A stretch of DNA of 64,000 nt from Eledone cirrhosa (lineage: Eukaryota), in contig OZ024745.1 in NCBI GenBank assembly GCA_964016885.1, positions 111,166,001-111,230,000 on the forward strand, read 5' to 3'. How positions within the stretch are numbered: the first letter of the stretch is position 1; every line of letters begins with the position of its first letter. Shown one piece after another: positions 13,475-27,483 of this stretch. Under the pieces are notes generated by a model. That model was not told where the DNA came from. It ran no database searches and saw only the letters and a program-made list of their open reading frames with translations. The position numbers were made by a program, and so were the translations under genes.

Positions 13475-13759
13475 GAAAACGAAAAATCAGTGATGCATTG
13501 GAAATCAACCCATGCTAGCGTGGAAGAACGGACGTAAAATGGTGATGATGATGATGATGATGTGTGTTACAATTGTTTCCCCGGCGAACAGCTCGAGGTG
13601 CGATCTGTGTGTGGATCGACCTGACTCTAGACTCGCAGGTTCCTCGGACATGTCTATTGATTTCAGAGCACACCTCGAGCTGTTTGCCAGGGAAACAATT
13701 GTAACACATAATAAATTGAGTTCTGATGCATCACTGATTTTTTTGTTTTCCATTCTATA
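13466..13759. repeat. fold-back palindromic element with inserted solo retro-tail
   Basis: Arms TATAGAATGGAAAACGAAAAATCAGTGATGCA / TGCATCACTGATTTTTTTGTTTTCCATTCTATA and TGTGTTACAATTGTTTCCC / GGGAAACAATTGTAACACA; retro-tail at 13508-13560. Confidence 0.85.
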
Positions 13760-13830
13760 ATACTCTGCTCCTTATGAGCATAGAGTGCTCAACCAGCATA
13801 CCGCCTATGGAAGCATCTTAACTACCATTA

Positions 13831-13913
<83 letters not shown>

Positions 13914-14217
13914 ATTTGTAATTGATAATTTAGTAGGACAAATACATTAGATAGCCTTAAGGCTATTAGAGTGGAAATATTTGAGTTATGTGTCATCCAC
14001 TATCAAATGCTTCAATTTTAACAGTCTGTTGAGTGAATGTGTGATGCAATAAAACCTGTTTAAACTGGTTTTATCTCTATCATATCAGTTATCAATAATT
14101 GGTTCATTTCAATCAATTCATTAACAAACATTTTTCTAACTTCATTTCCATCATTTCTTATAAATTTTTCTCTATAAATAGCCAAAATAATATTTTACTT
14201 TTTCCTCCATCCAATGA

Positions 14218-14248
<31 letters not shown>

Positions 14249-14374
14249 AGCTATCTCTCTGTCTCTATCTCTCTCACTCTCTATCTCTCCCCTTCTCTCT
14301 CTGACTGTGTTTTTCACTATTATTTTACTTTTCCCTTTGTCTACCCTCTTCCTACTCTCTTTTCTTCCCTCCTA

Positions 14375-14412
<38 letters not shown>

Positions 14413-14984
14413 TAGCATCCTCTCTCTCTTCTCCAATCTCGTTACCCTTTTATTATTCACTTCATCCTCCTACATCTCCCATCTATTCCTTTTCCTCCCT
14501 CGCCTTCCTCATTATTTCACTCTCTCTTACAACTATTTTCTTTGCTCTCTTCCTTACTTTCCTTCTTTATCTTATCAGACCCTTTTGCCCCACCCCACCT
14601 CACTCCCATCTATTCTCTTTCTTCTACTCTTCTTTCTTTCTCTCTCTCTCTTTCCCCATCTTCTCTTTTATTGTGTTTTTCTTGCACCACTCCCTTCAGA
14701 TTTTTATCTTTTCCATTTGGTCCTTTCTCTTTTCTATTGCTCCAAGTTGGGACATTTCCAGATTTCAATCCCTTCAGTAAGCAGAACTGAAATCTGATAC
14801 CAGAACTATTTTGTTTATAAATTTCCCATTAGAAATATGCTTGAATAATTAATTCTATTCAGGTATTAATTATACACAACCCTCATTGTAGGACTGACAA
14901 CTAAAGGGTCATATTTGCTACTGAGTTGGCCTTCATTCAGCTTAGGTGCAAACAGAACCATAAACATTCACCAAGAATAGATGC

Positions 14985-15150
14985 AGCTATGTTTGTGTGG
15001 TTAAGAAGTTTGCTTTCCAATCTTGTGGTCCCATGTTAATTATAATTATCAGTGTGCAACAAACTAGGCAAGTGTCTTTTACTATAGCCTCAGGTCAACC
15101 AATGCTTTGTGGGGGAAATTTGATTTATGAAAACTAACCAGAATCCCTTT
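14985..15150 (+). mobile_element. degenerate tRNA-derived CORE-like SINE
   Basis: 'tgtgtggttaagaagtttgctttccaa...ggcaagtgtcttttactatagcctcagg'. Confidence 0.6.
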
Positions 15151-15448
15151 GGAAGATTAAGTCATGGTGTTGAAACATTAACAAACTTAGGAACGATGCT
15201 GCTCCAAACTAAGCATACATAAAACACTAATAAATGAATATGAAAAATGACTAATAAAAAGCAGTTATGTCTTCAATATAGCCATGTTTGAAATGTTTCA
15301 CACACACACACCCACACACACACACATACAGATGTACACACAAACATATGGTTAAATGAACAGACCTGCTTTATCTCAAAGAAATGTCTTTTGTTTCTAC
15401 CCCTGCTTACTGTCCTTTATTTATCTATTTCTTTAATTTCTCTTTATA

Positions 15449-15484
15449 TTTTCTGATGAAAGATTAGCATCTGAAACGTTAAGA
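15449..15484 (+). ncRNA. hammerhead ribozyme motif (diverged H1)
   Basis: TTTT-CTGATGA-A-AGAT(TAGC)ATCT-GAA-ACGT-T^AAGA; helix II covaries with the 8826 copy. Confidence 0.75.
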
Positions 15485-15716
15485 CATTTTCTACTATATT
15501 AAGTACATCTACTATATCTTCATTGTACTTCATTGTCTGTTGTGTTTTGTCCGTTTAATTTTCACATATATATGTGTGTGTGTGTTGTGTGTGTGTGTGC
15601 ATGTATGTGTGTGTTGATGTGTGTGTGTGTGCATGTGTGTGTGTGTTGATGTGTGTATGTGTGCATGTGTGTGTCTGTTTGTAAACACTATGTGTTTTGA
15701 TGACAGTGGTGGAATT

Positions 15717-16052
15717 TGAAAATTGAATTGAATTAGGAACTTTCACTATATTTTTTACTACAGAAAATAATCTAATAACAACAGGTTATATAAGCCCCTA
15801 GAACAGAAAACATGGGCATCAGCATGCACAGGAATTGAACCCACATCTCTTATTTTTGCAAAAAACAAGATGGAAGTTCAATTCCCACACATGTTGATGC
15901 CCATGATATCCATTCATCATCATCATCATCATCTTCGTTTAACGTCTATCTTCCACGCTAGCATGGGTTAGATGCTGATATTCTCTGTTATTATTATACT
16001 ATTTTCTGTTGTCAAAAATATAGCAAAAGTTACTAATTCACTTCAATTTTCA
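15717..16052. repeat. imperfect fold-back element with inserted retro-tail
   Basis: Outer arms TGAAAATTGAATTGAATTAGGAACTTT / AAAGTTACTAATTCACTTCAATTTTCA; inner arms CATGGGCATCAGCATG / CATGTTGATGCCCATG. Confidence 0.75.
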
Positions 16053-16195
16053 TATATACGTCCAGAATTAGCCGTCAAAATGGCTTGAGCTCAGCCATCG
16101 GGTTCCTACTCGTTCCTATTACCCACTCTACTACCCTAAGTATTGAGTACTTTGGTGCGTTATGGTCCATCTGGTTCCTTACCACATTTCCTTCG

Positions 16196-16231
<36 letters not shown>

Positions 16232-16446
16232 GAAGGCATGTGGCTGAGTGGTTAGAGAATTGGATTCGCAATCGTAAGGTTGTGAGTTCGATACCTAGAC
16301 CAGGCGATGCGTTATGTCCTTGAGCAAGACACTTTATTTCACGTTGCTCCTTCTACCTGGAGTTGCAACCGATAGATAGTATTAGCAATTGGAAAGACCA
16401 ACGGAAACATTGTTCCCTCGGTCCGATTTGACGAAAGTCGATCGTT

Positions 16447-16447
<1 letters not shown>
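16232..16447 (+). mobile_element. tRNA-derived CORE-type SINE family C
   Basis: A box TGGCTGAGTGG, B box GAGTTCGATACC, CORE-like segment, distinct body 'gaaagaccaacggaaacattgttcc'; other copies at 22978-23340 and 58795-59030. Confidence 0.82.
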
Positions 16448-16509
<62 letters not shown>

Positions 16510-16791
16510 TACATGTGTGTGTGTTAAATGAAAATGGCTTAGGACACTAAGTTCCATCTCAATTACTTCCCTTTCTGCCAGAAATATGCTTTAAGCTATG
16601 ATGTTTCTGAACATTAAGTATATTTATCAATAATGAACTACTTATTTGATAGTCAACACTTGTTTGACAACCCAGGCTAGCATGGAAACCAGATGTAAAA
16701 CAATGATGATAATGTTTCGTCAAAAGTAGACATTTCGAATATTTATCATTGCATATTATACTTATTTTTATTTCAGAGTTTTTTATTTGTA

Positions 16792-17279
16792 CTAGCAGAA
16801 AAACCACCCTTCAGGTGGTTTTTCTTCTAGCATGTGTAGTGTATATATTGATATTATACGCAAGTATATATATATATATATGTAGATATGATACATAAAA
16901 TAAAATCGTAATTGACAATATCCACAGAAATTGAACAAAGACTGTGTTACACTGTCTTATGTAATCAGTAACGTAATCCATGATACATGAAAAAAGACAA
17001 TATTATATATAAACTGCATTAGGAGAAAATTAGTGACAGATAATTAGTATGTTTATTTAAGCGATGGCCAACCGGAAGTGTTGACATTTCAGACATTTTA
17101 AAGAAGTGAATCTTTAAATAAAAAATATATATTTAATCAACAGTAACGAAATTTAGTAGATAAATTATGTAATATTCATTCATTATTTATTCAAAGTAAT
17201 CCAACTTATTTTACTAATGGGATAAAAAAAATTATAAACCGTACGCAGTCCCGCGCTCCTTACTTTATTATAGTTTAGA
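16792..17279 (-). mobile_element. non-autonomous Helitron
   Basis: The minus strand begins A|TCTAAACTATAATAAAG and ends with hairpin AAAAACCACC-TGAAG-GGTGGTTTTT followed by CTAG|T. Confidence 0.8.
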
Positions 17280-17448
17280 TTATGATATATATCCCTTTTC
17301 TATACCCCAATTTAAAACGTATCCTTATTCCTGATCACTTATTTTCAAAACCATTGTCTCATCTTGTTATCTTCTATCATAACATGACCAAAACTGAATC
17401 TTGAAGATCAGGCTTCATCTTCGTGCCAGCTATGAATTGTTAAAACCC

Positions 17449-17678
17449 TTAACCCTTTTAATTTTTAAACCAGCCGCATCCAGCCTGAATTCCTCCACCT
17501 CTTTCTGTTCAAACCGGCTGTAACCAGCTGCTCATACTGATATTAAGTGATTGTTCTCAAAATAAATAACATCAAAATCTCATAGATTCGATTTTATGTC
17601 AGATGATTATGTAAGATAAAGCCATTAACACAAAAATACAATAGTAAATATAGAGTAATGTGAATGCTAAAGGGTTAA
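17449..17678 (+). mobile_element. piggyBac-type MITE family A
   Basis: TTAACCCTTT ... AAAGGGTTAA with the family A body. Confidence 0.88.
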
Positions 17679-19057
17679 AACATAGGGGAAAATATCTTGC
17701 AGTATTTCTTCTGACTCTCTGTACTATGAGTTCAAATCTTACTGAGGTGAAATTTATCTTGCATTTTTCAAGATCTATGAAGTAAAGAAATATTAGAGCC
17801 TGGAATGAGATGCCTTGCAGTATTTGTTATTTGTTCTAACCCTTTGCACTCTGAGTTCAAATGCCACTATGGCCTACCTAATCTTCATACAAAGAGCTGT
17901 CTGAAAACAGATATGATACTTCAAAAGTATGATAGGTGTTGTTTTTGTATTTATTTTATGTGTTAATAAATTGTATCATTAAGTATGTTAATGTGTGGTT
18001 ATTATAAACTTGTAATTAACAATAGTGATATTTCAGTAATCAAACATGTGTGAAATAAGCTGAAAACATTTATAATCAGTGTTCAAAACAAGTTTTGAAA
18101 CAAATGTGTTTACATGTTGAAAGGAGAAAAAAAAACGTTTAGTTTATGTCACATCTATTCATCAATCTTGAATGTAAGTGTTGACAAAATTGAAATAAGT
18201 TGTATGAATGAAGAGAAAAGCGTAAAATAATTACTTTCTAGACTTTATTGTAATGAAAAATTAAGATAAATTAATTGATAAATAATTTATTACAAGATCA
18301 CCATGAAAACTCCAACTACATCTTTCTATATCCCTAGTTAATTGTTATTACTCTCTGAAAATATTCAACACATATAGTCATTAAGATGCATCGATAAGAT
18401 AACTTAAAAACCTATATAATAAATAGATGGTTTTATTGTTTTTTGGTGATTTTTTTCCAAAAGTTTAATCAAAGCAATTTCTAATTAATTTTTAAGAAAA
18501 AAAAATGATAAGTTGTTCAATTTGTTTTTTCCCAGATCATAATTCAGTGTTAAAGTAGAAATAATATGCAACCTGCTTTTTATATTTTTGATTGTTTTTA
18601 TTTTTATATCTTTGAGATGGGTGAAGGGGCAGTACCCATGAGCTTTACCAGGCCTTCTAGTCTGGTAAGGTCCAGTATGAATATTAGCAGAACAAAGTGT
18701 ATAGAAAATAAATGTATGCAAAGAAGGAATGATTTAAACACATTTAATTGAGTGGACACCTTTCAAGTCAAAGGATGAAAGGCAAAGTTAACCTCGGCGG
18801 GATATAATAATAATAATAAATAATATGAGAGAGAGTGTGTGTGTGTGAGTGTGTGAAAAGTATATGGTAAAAACACAACAGGTTCAAATATATATATCTA
18901 TATCATCATTTCATCATCATTTTACGTCCGCTTTTCCCTGCTTGCAAGGGTGTATATGTATAATAAAGCCAAAACAATGCAGGTATGGACATAGAATAAA
19001 GAATGCAAATGCAAAAGATATTGTCTTTTACCTTAGATTTATTTAAATGTCATCATT

Positions 19058-19406
19058 CATCATCATCATCATTTCATTTTACGTCCACTTTTCCCTGCTT
19101 GCAAGGGTGGGACGGGAACTGATTCTGGCTTGATTTCTACAGCTGGATGCCCTTCCTAACACCAACCTCATTTACAGTGAGTGCTGGGTGCTTTTTTGCT
19201 GTGGCACCTCCATGACCACTTTGCAGTGGAATGATAGGGACTGGGGTCCCTATCATTCCACTGCAAAGTGGTCAACTGAGTAAACTGGAGCAATGTGAAA
19301 TAAAGTGTCTTGCTCAAGGAAACAACACATCACCCGGTCTGAGAATTGAACTCACAACCTTTCGATTGCAAGGCCAATGCTCTAACCACTAAGCCATGTG
19401 CCTCCA
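19058..19406 (-). mobile_element. SINE family B
   Basis: Full head to tail; contains a copy-specific perfect palindrome at 19213-19274. Confidence 0.9.
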
Positions 19407-22400
19407 TATATATATATACGATGATGATCATCATCATCATCATCAGGTTTAGCGTCCGTGTTCCACGCTTGCATGGGTTTGGACGGGGTTTTCCCACTTG
19501 AGGCAAGAGTGGCAAGATGATATATATATATATATATATACGATGAAGTGCGCAGGTGGGTCTGTTTACTCTGAAGTATATATATATATATATATATATG
19601 GAACACTTCTCAAAAATAACATAATAAATGTCATCAATGGATTTGTACTGAAGACTAAGTCTTGGACTACTTAGTCATATTTACCTCTTCTTTATCAACA
19701 TTGATTAATGGTTTAGGTGTTTTGACAAGAATTAACCCATTACTAGACTCTGTTGTCATATTTCTTATCATTTTATACCTGCTTTTCTATACTAATATGG
19801 ATTATATTGCACTCTCTGAAGCAGTGCTTTATGGCTAAATACCATTCCTGACACCAACTGTTTTAGCCACCTCTTATGAAACTCGAGGATATGGTATAGC
19901 TATTTAGAAAAAAAATGAGATATATAGTAAAATAATGAAAAAATTACAAAAAAAAAATCTAATTTGACTTCATTTGGTTTAAATCAAAGTCAATGAGCTT
20001 TCAGTTTTTATTTCTAAAATTCACCTGATAAAACATTCAATGTTGATGGGAGATGAAAAAATGCAATTTTGAGAATTGGTTTAAAGGCTGGAAATCAAAA
20101 TTGAAATTTAGAAGGAAATTTAATATTCATAAATGGCAAACACCAGAGGCTTATTCTTTATACCAATTGCAGTAAAAAAGAAAAAACTGCCATACAGTTT
20201 ATTTGTAGATATCAAACTTTCCAAATGTTTTTTCTTGCTTGAGTTTGTATTGAATTATTTGTATTTAGTGTACACACGCATGCGTGTGTGTGTGTGTGTG
20301 TGGAGGCTGCAATTAGAAAATAAGTGCTAATCTGAAACTGAATATGGGCTATTGATTCCATTGGTTAGGTTTGTCATTCTATGTATCCTCTTTAAAAATA
20401 ATATTATTCATTATTTTTATTTTTTTAGTCTAATAGATCTAAACTTTGCAACAATCTCAGCTCAAACAAACCACATGTTTTTGATTGAAAGTCTTATTGG
20501 TTATTCTATTAAACAACATAAGGATAATTGTAAAACTGTCATTGAATAGTTGGACATTTTCCTTGGCCTTATTACTAAATTTATATAAATTTATAGCAAT
20601 ATATAAAAGTAATGGAAATATAAGCCCTTGAACTACATAAACATTAAATCTTATTTATATGTCAGGTATAATCTAAAAAAAAAAAAGCCTTCAAATTTCA
20701 TCTTTAATTCAATCATAATTCATCAATAGATATCTCGGTATATTTTTCTCATAACATATAAAACATTTTTTTTAATATAAACTCATTTTTTTTTTTCGTG
20801 TAAACTTTTCTAAGTAATTTAATTGGATGATTTCAACTAAAATGAGTTTTGAAATTTAAACTGAATTTGTATATACTTATATCTATTCATTATGTGAAAT
20901 ATACATATATATTCTTTTTTATTAAAACCTATTAGAAATTTCCAAAGTTGCTTAGTTTTGGTTGCTCACTTCAACATCAAATTGACAAGCTATTAATACT
21001 TTAGATAGAAGCATGCCCTAGGATAACAGATATCTTATGGAACAAGAATTTGTTTAATTTATCTGGATGGTATTGAAAATACGAGTTTGATAAAACTGAC
21101 AGTATCAGGGATTTCATTTAAAATAATATTTTAAGATTTTTTTTTTTACATGTAGTTTTTAAAAATGTTTAATTGTATATTTTTATTTTTTATTATTATT
21201 TTTTGTACACTTAAAAATAGTAAGCATTTTCAGTTAAAATGTGGGGTAAATAATTTCTAAGAAACAGAATTCAATATGTCTGTTTACATTTCATTGAAAT
21301 TAAATTTGCCATGTCATAATTGATGATATATTTAAAGTATAAAATATGAAAAAAAAAAAAAAAAAAAGAAAGAATAAAACTTATATCCTCAACTAAAAAA
21401 AAAGAAGAAAAAGAAAGTAAAATAAAAAATGAATAAATAAATGTTTATTTATTGCAATATTTATATCAGAAAATAATCTCTATGCCACAAAAATGACCGC
21501 TTTATACTTAAAAACATTCATTTATGTTATTTTAGCTGCTAGACATCTGTACTTCAAGCAAATATATTCATTTTTCATTTTATTGAAAGGTTCCTTTTCA
21601 AATATATATCTAATAAGGGAAGGGGGTTATATTTTTAATCGATGTTATTTTTGCTTTGACAAAGCTAAAAGCTAAACCAGAGAGTGCCAGGCATCTGTGA
21701 TACTAATGAAGAAAACATAGGATTGCCATTTCAAACCTCAGTATTGGTATGGGTTAGATTTTGTATTGGAAAACAGGAAAGGTGTTGAGTTAAGGTTACT
21801 AGGTAATTTTGATAAGGAATTCTAATTCTGAGCTTAATTTGTTTTGTTTAACATTAATAATAAATACAGATGGTATGATGATATGTGTATTAGATAAAGG
21901 AGTGTTCAGCTGTAAGAATGCAGAACTGAAACTTGATGTAGGCAAAGAAATCTACTGGAAGAAAGGTGTTCAAACTAGCTTCAGCTTCAGATTTTCCTCC
22001 TGTCTGTGACTTCTTCATCATCATCATCATCATCGTTTTATGTCCATTTTCTCATGATGGCATGGGTTTGACGAGCTGTTCTGTTGTGGGCAATATTAGG
22101 TCAGATGACTATGTCTTGCTCATACAGAACTGATTTGGGCTTGGTTTTTACAGCTGGATGTCCTTCCTAATGCCAACTCCATTTAGAAAAAATAATAAAA
22201 GAGCAAGTAGACAATGGTGATAAATATTCTATGTACTATACATGCACCTTTGATGAGTTGTAGTACACAATAATTTTCATTATTATCATTATTATTATTA
22301 AATTATCATTTTCTACTTCATTTTATTTTATATTTATTTCCAGAATAAACTTTGAAATGAAATTATGATTGGAATTATGAGTTAAAGAAAATTTCTATAT

Positions 22401-22644
22401 GTATATATGTACAATCTCATAGAACAAAGAGTCAAAGATTTTTCGTATGTGTATATTTGATATGAACAGACTCTAAACTAGATTTTTTAACATATGATAT
22501 CAGCATATTTTTATAAGAATGAAAAGGTAATTTTACCTGAACTCCTTTCAAATTCAACCCATCTAACTTAAATACAATACTTAAAATTAGGCATATGTCA
22601 TATAAAAGGTAATCTAAAAAGATATTTATCAAAATACAAAATAC

Positions 22645-22880
22645 TTAACCCTTTTGAAACCAACCCACCCAAAACTACTTCTGGTTCTATGAAATTAAAT
22701 CATATATTTTAAAGAGTTCCTGTTTAAATTAAGATTTTACAACATAATATGATATAAGAACCTTTTGTTAAATTTTGTTACAAATACCATCTCATGAATA
22801 AAATAATCCATAATTTTAGCAAAACTCTTCAAATTCTTCATTAATTAATTAAAATATAGCATGCCATAACTCCCTAGTGA
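22645..22880 (+). mobile_element. MITE family B, degenerate
   Basis: TTAACCCTTTTGAAACCAACCCACC start; body similar to the other family B copies. Confidence 0.55.
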
Positions 22881-22977
22881 ATGTTCTTGGTATATATGTA
22901 TTACAACATTTTAAACTCTCTAGAATGTTCTAATAAGGCACAATCATTGGAAAACAATTTGATTTCATGGTTAGCAT

Positions 22978-23340
22978 GAAAGTGTATGGCTTAGCAGTTA
23001 AAGGATTGAATTCACAATCATGAGGTTGCGAGATCAATTCTCAGACCATGTGATGCATTATGTCCTTGAGTAAGACACTTTATTTCATATTGCTCTTTCT
23101 ACCAGGAGCTGGGATAGGTATATAGTATCAGCTGGGTATGGGTAGAAAGACCAATGGAAACATTGTTTCCTTGATCTGATTTGACAAGGTCCACCCCACT
23201 TGGTAAGCAAGTGAGATCTGGGATCTTTCCTTCCCTCATGGTTTATAGAAAACCAGTCAGGGTAAAGGCTACTGATAAGGCAACATGGCAGCCACCTAGA
23301 ACTAACTAGTTTTTGAAAATCGAAGATGTCAATTTTGTTT
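22978..23340 (+). mobile_element. SINE family C
   Basis: Homologous to 16232-16447; 3' end approximate. Confidence 0.7.
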
Positions 23341-23871
23341 GTGTGTGTGTGTGCATGAGTGTATGTGTGTATATGTGTGTGCCTGTAAGTGTGTATGTGT
23401 ATACATGTGCTTGACTGTATGCGTGTGAATGTGTATGTGTATGTGTGTATATATGTCTGCATATGTATGTGAATATGTGTGTAAGCATGTGTTAGTGTGT
23501 GTAAGTTTGTAATTAGTCGTCCTTGCCTAGAACACAAAATATTCTGGTTTCAGAGCTGCAATCAATTTTCTATGTTTCTAAACATTACAATAAAAACAAA
23601 TTTGTAGTGCTAATAATAAAGGCTTAGTCATCACTTTAAACAAATTGCCTGGCAAAATCTTCTGCTTAATTATTCCAAACAGTTCAAACTCTGCATTTAC
23701 TGGACCTTAAATTGGGTCTAATACCAAAAATAATAATACTCAGTTTTATAAAAGTATGTTTCTTCCCTACTTTCTCAGCTCCCCAAAATAATATGCCTTG
23801 AAGAAGATTGGAGAGGTTACAAGCTAAACCTGCCTGAGCATGCAGTCAGACCTTTATCTCATTACTCATTA

Positions 23872-23992
<121 letters not shown>

Positions 23993-24009
23993 GTATATAT
24001 ATATATATA

Positions 24010-24722
24010 CTAGAGAGGAACGAAGCTTGCATGCTCCGCTGGATGTGTAACAGTAACATACGTGAACGGCAAAGCATAAACGAACTAAGGAAAAAATTAG
24101 AGATAAGAGGGATCAGATGTTGTTTACTCGAGAGAAGGCTGCGTTGGTATGGACACGTGATGCGCATGAAAGCCGATAGCTGTATTACAAAGTGCAGGGC
24201 AATAAAGATAGACGGTAGCCACGGAATAGGCAGACCTAGAAAAACATGGGATGAGCTGATAAACTCCGACCTCACACACTTACACCTCTCCAAGACAATG
24301 TCACTGGACCGTGACCTTTGGCGGTACTCAGTAACAGAGAAGACCCGCCTTGCCAGTAGGCATCTCTAACAAAATACACCCCTCCCGCCGCCACCCCCAC
24401 CCCATCCACACCACCCCGTTCTATGTAAAGTTATGTTGGTGCCGCGCCATCCAGGCCGAAACAAATGAGATCGTGTAGGTGTCACGACAAAAAAACACAC
24501 AGTCCACGCTGTAATGTGGCCGTGTAGGCAACACGGTAAAAACCTCCCAGACCCACACTGTAAATGTGGTTGGTGTTAGGAAGGGCATCCAACTGTGGAA
24601 AACCTGCCAGACAGTCCTATGCGAGCAAGACAATCACTCTTGCCTCAAGTGGGACTACCCCCGTCCAAACCCATGCAAGCGTGGAACACGGACGTTAAAC
24701 GTTGATGATGATGATGATGATG
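24010..24722 (+). mobile_element. 5'-truncated RTE LINE, subfamily B
   Basis: '[13 protein letters not shown]...[12 protein letters not shown]...GRPRKTW'; 3'UTR and (GAT)n tail; inserted in (TA)n. Confidence 0.92.
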
Positions 24723-24858
24723 TGTGTATATATATATACAACTGATTTAAACAGAACTTTTAAATATATATGTAAAAGGTAAACAGAAAAAACAACACAT
24801 TCGGTACAGTATATGGAAGGGATATATTAGGTTAACGCTTGATATAGCAGGAAGAGGG

Positions 24859-24894
24859 TCTTAACGTTTCGGATGCTAGTCCTTCATCAGAAGA
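24859..24894 (-). ncRNA. hammerhead ribozyme motif (H1)
   Basis: Reverse strand TCTT-CTGATGA-A-GGACTAGCATCC-GAA-ACGT-T^AAGA, inside the H1 repeat copy at 24768-24985. Confidence 0.75.
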
Positions 24895-24986
24895 AAGAAT
24901 GGGAAATAAGATAGATTAAGGGGACAGGCGGGTTGGAATTGGAAAAAATGTCTTTAGATAAAAAAAAAGGTCCATTCATGTTGACA

Positions 24987-25049
<63 letters not shown>

Positions 25050-25153
25050 TGCACCAAAACTATAAGGACTTCCAGAAATTGGCTAAAAAAATGAACTGTC
25101 TATTTTTCTGATTGTCTTTTTAGTTTACTATGTCTTCGGAACCCTGCTTTATA

Positions 25154-25219
<66 letters not shown>

Positions 25220-25678
25220 ATATAAAAGGGTTTACAGTGATTTCGATCTCGTTGTTTACAATTTGCTCTTCAAATTCATTTGGAGCATATGCATAGGAAT
25301 AATTGTAATACAACATTCCCAGCCAAAAATCTAAAGCTATGAAAACATTGTAATTAATGAATCATTAACATATGAAAACGTTAAAGTACTTACAATTTCA
25401 TTAATTGAAACACCAATATTCTCCTATTTTAGCACATAAAAATCCACCGGACAACAAAAATCCACATTTAAGCTAGTACAGTACTGTTTCACCGCAGAGA
25501 ATCCACTGGTCATAGATTAATAATAAATTTATAACCAGCATGTTCTGGACAAAGGAATTCTCATCAGCCAGCAGTCCAATGAAGGATTTCCAAAAATCGA
25601 CCTTACTACTAAATAATGATGATGTGATGATGATGAAATGTATATATATATATTGGCAACATGACCTTCCCAAAGCAT

Positions 25679-25778
<100 letters not shown>

Positions 25779-26043
25779 AATGGTCTTGTCCACTAGATGC
25801 TTTTATTGTTGGCTTTGTTTTTCAATTGCACCGTTTATGTATAGGGCATTCGATGATTGCTATATATGTACGTAGTGTATATATGTGTAGTCATCAAAGG
25901 TGAATAGACTGGTTAGAGAAATAACTGTTTCTACTTTAGGCACAAGGCCAGCAATTACCCAGTGCATTACTGGTACTTTATTTTATCGACCCCGTAAGGA
26001 TGAAAGGCAAAGTCTAGAGAAATAACAATCTTGTTTAAGTATA

Positions 26044-26535
26044 TATACGAAAGGACGGTTATATGATGCCTGTGTGAGATGCACAATGCTGCATGGTAGT
26101 GAGACATGGGCAGCAGCTGCAGAAGATATGCGACGGCTGGAGAGAAATGAAGCAAGTATGCCCCGTTGGATGTGCAATGTCAATGTGCGTGACCAACCAA
26201 GCATAGACGAGTTGAGAAAGAAACTGGGTATAAGAGGGATAAGTTGTGGTGTGCAGGAGAGGAGGCTGAGATGGTATGGACATGTGATGTGCATGGACGA
26301 TGACCGCTGGGTAAAGAAGTGCCAAGAAATCCCAGTAGAAGGAAGACACAGCAGAGGTAGACCACAAAAAACATGGGCAGAGGTGATGAGAGCAGACCTC
26401 AGATCGCTGAAACTCACCAAGGAGATGACGAAGGATTGTGACAAGTGGAGAGATGCTGTGCTGAATAGGACCTGTCTAACCCTTGCAAGCAGGGAAAAGC
26501 AGACGTAAAATGATGGTGATGATGATGATGATGAT
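26044..26535 (+). mobile_element. 5'-truncated RTE LINE, subfamily A
   Basis: ORF 26074..26508 is closely similar to 12838..13404; (GAT)n tail. Confidence 0.92.
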
Positions 26536-26669
26536 ATATATATATGAGACTGTGGCTGGAGTCAGGTCTATAATACTAATACAGATCCTGAGCCACTCAT
26601 CTGTGAAGCATCTGTAACTGAGCCTAATCAATAAAAACCTCAACATGAAACCTTGTTTTTCTTCTTAAT

Positions 26670-27012
26670 CATCATCATCATCATCATTTCATTTTACGTC
26701 CGCTTTTCCCTGCTTGCAAGGGTGGGACGGGAACTGATGCTGGCTTGATTTCTACAGCTGGATGCCCTTCCTAACACCAACCTCATTTACAGTGAGTGCT
26801 GGGTGCTTTTTGCCGTGGCACCTCCACGACCACTTTGCAGTGGAATGATATGGACCCCAGTCCTATCATCTCATTTCTACAGCTGAGTAAACTGGAGCAA
26901 TGTGAAATAAAGTCTCTTGCTCAAGGAAACAACACATCACCCGGTCTGAGAATTGAACTCACAACCTTTCGATTGCAAGGCCAATGCTCTAACCACTAAG
27001 CCATGTGCCTCC
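26670..27012 (-). mobile_element. SINE family B
   Basis: Full length with RTE-A tail and (GAT)n. Confidence 0.9.
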
Positions 27013-27402
27013 TTAATATATATATATATGTGTGTGTGTATTAAGAATAACATGACAAAGTTTCACATGGATGTTTTTATTGATTTTCAACCAGTTACGT
27101 ACCTTTTACAGATGATTGGCTCACTGTCCATATTAGTGTTATAGATCTCGCTCCAGCATCAGTCTGCCCATCTGACTTGTTGAACAAGCTAAAACCAAAA
27201 TTTCCTCTGAAAGCATCCAGTATTGCATGTAATATATACATATACTCACAAGCATTTAGCATGGGTCTGTTTGCATATGTATGTGGCTGTGTGTTGGAAT
27301 ACATATATATATATATACATTATATATATATACATATATATATATGTGTGTGTATATATATAATATATACATATAATATATATATATATAATATATATAT
27401 AT

Positions 27403-27436
<34 letters not shown>

Positions 27437-27451
27437 TATATACATATATAT

Positions 27452-27483
<32 letters not shown>

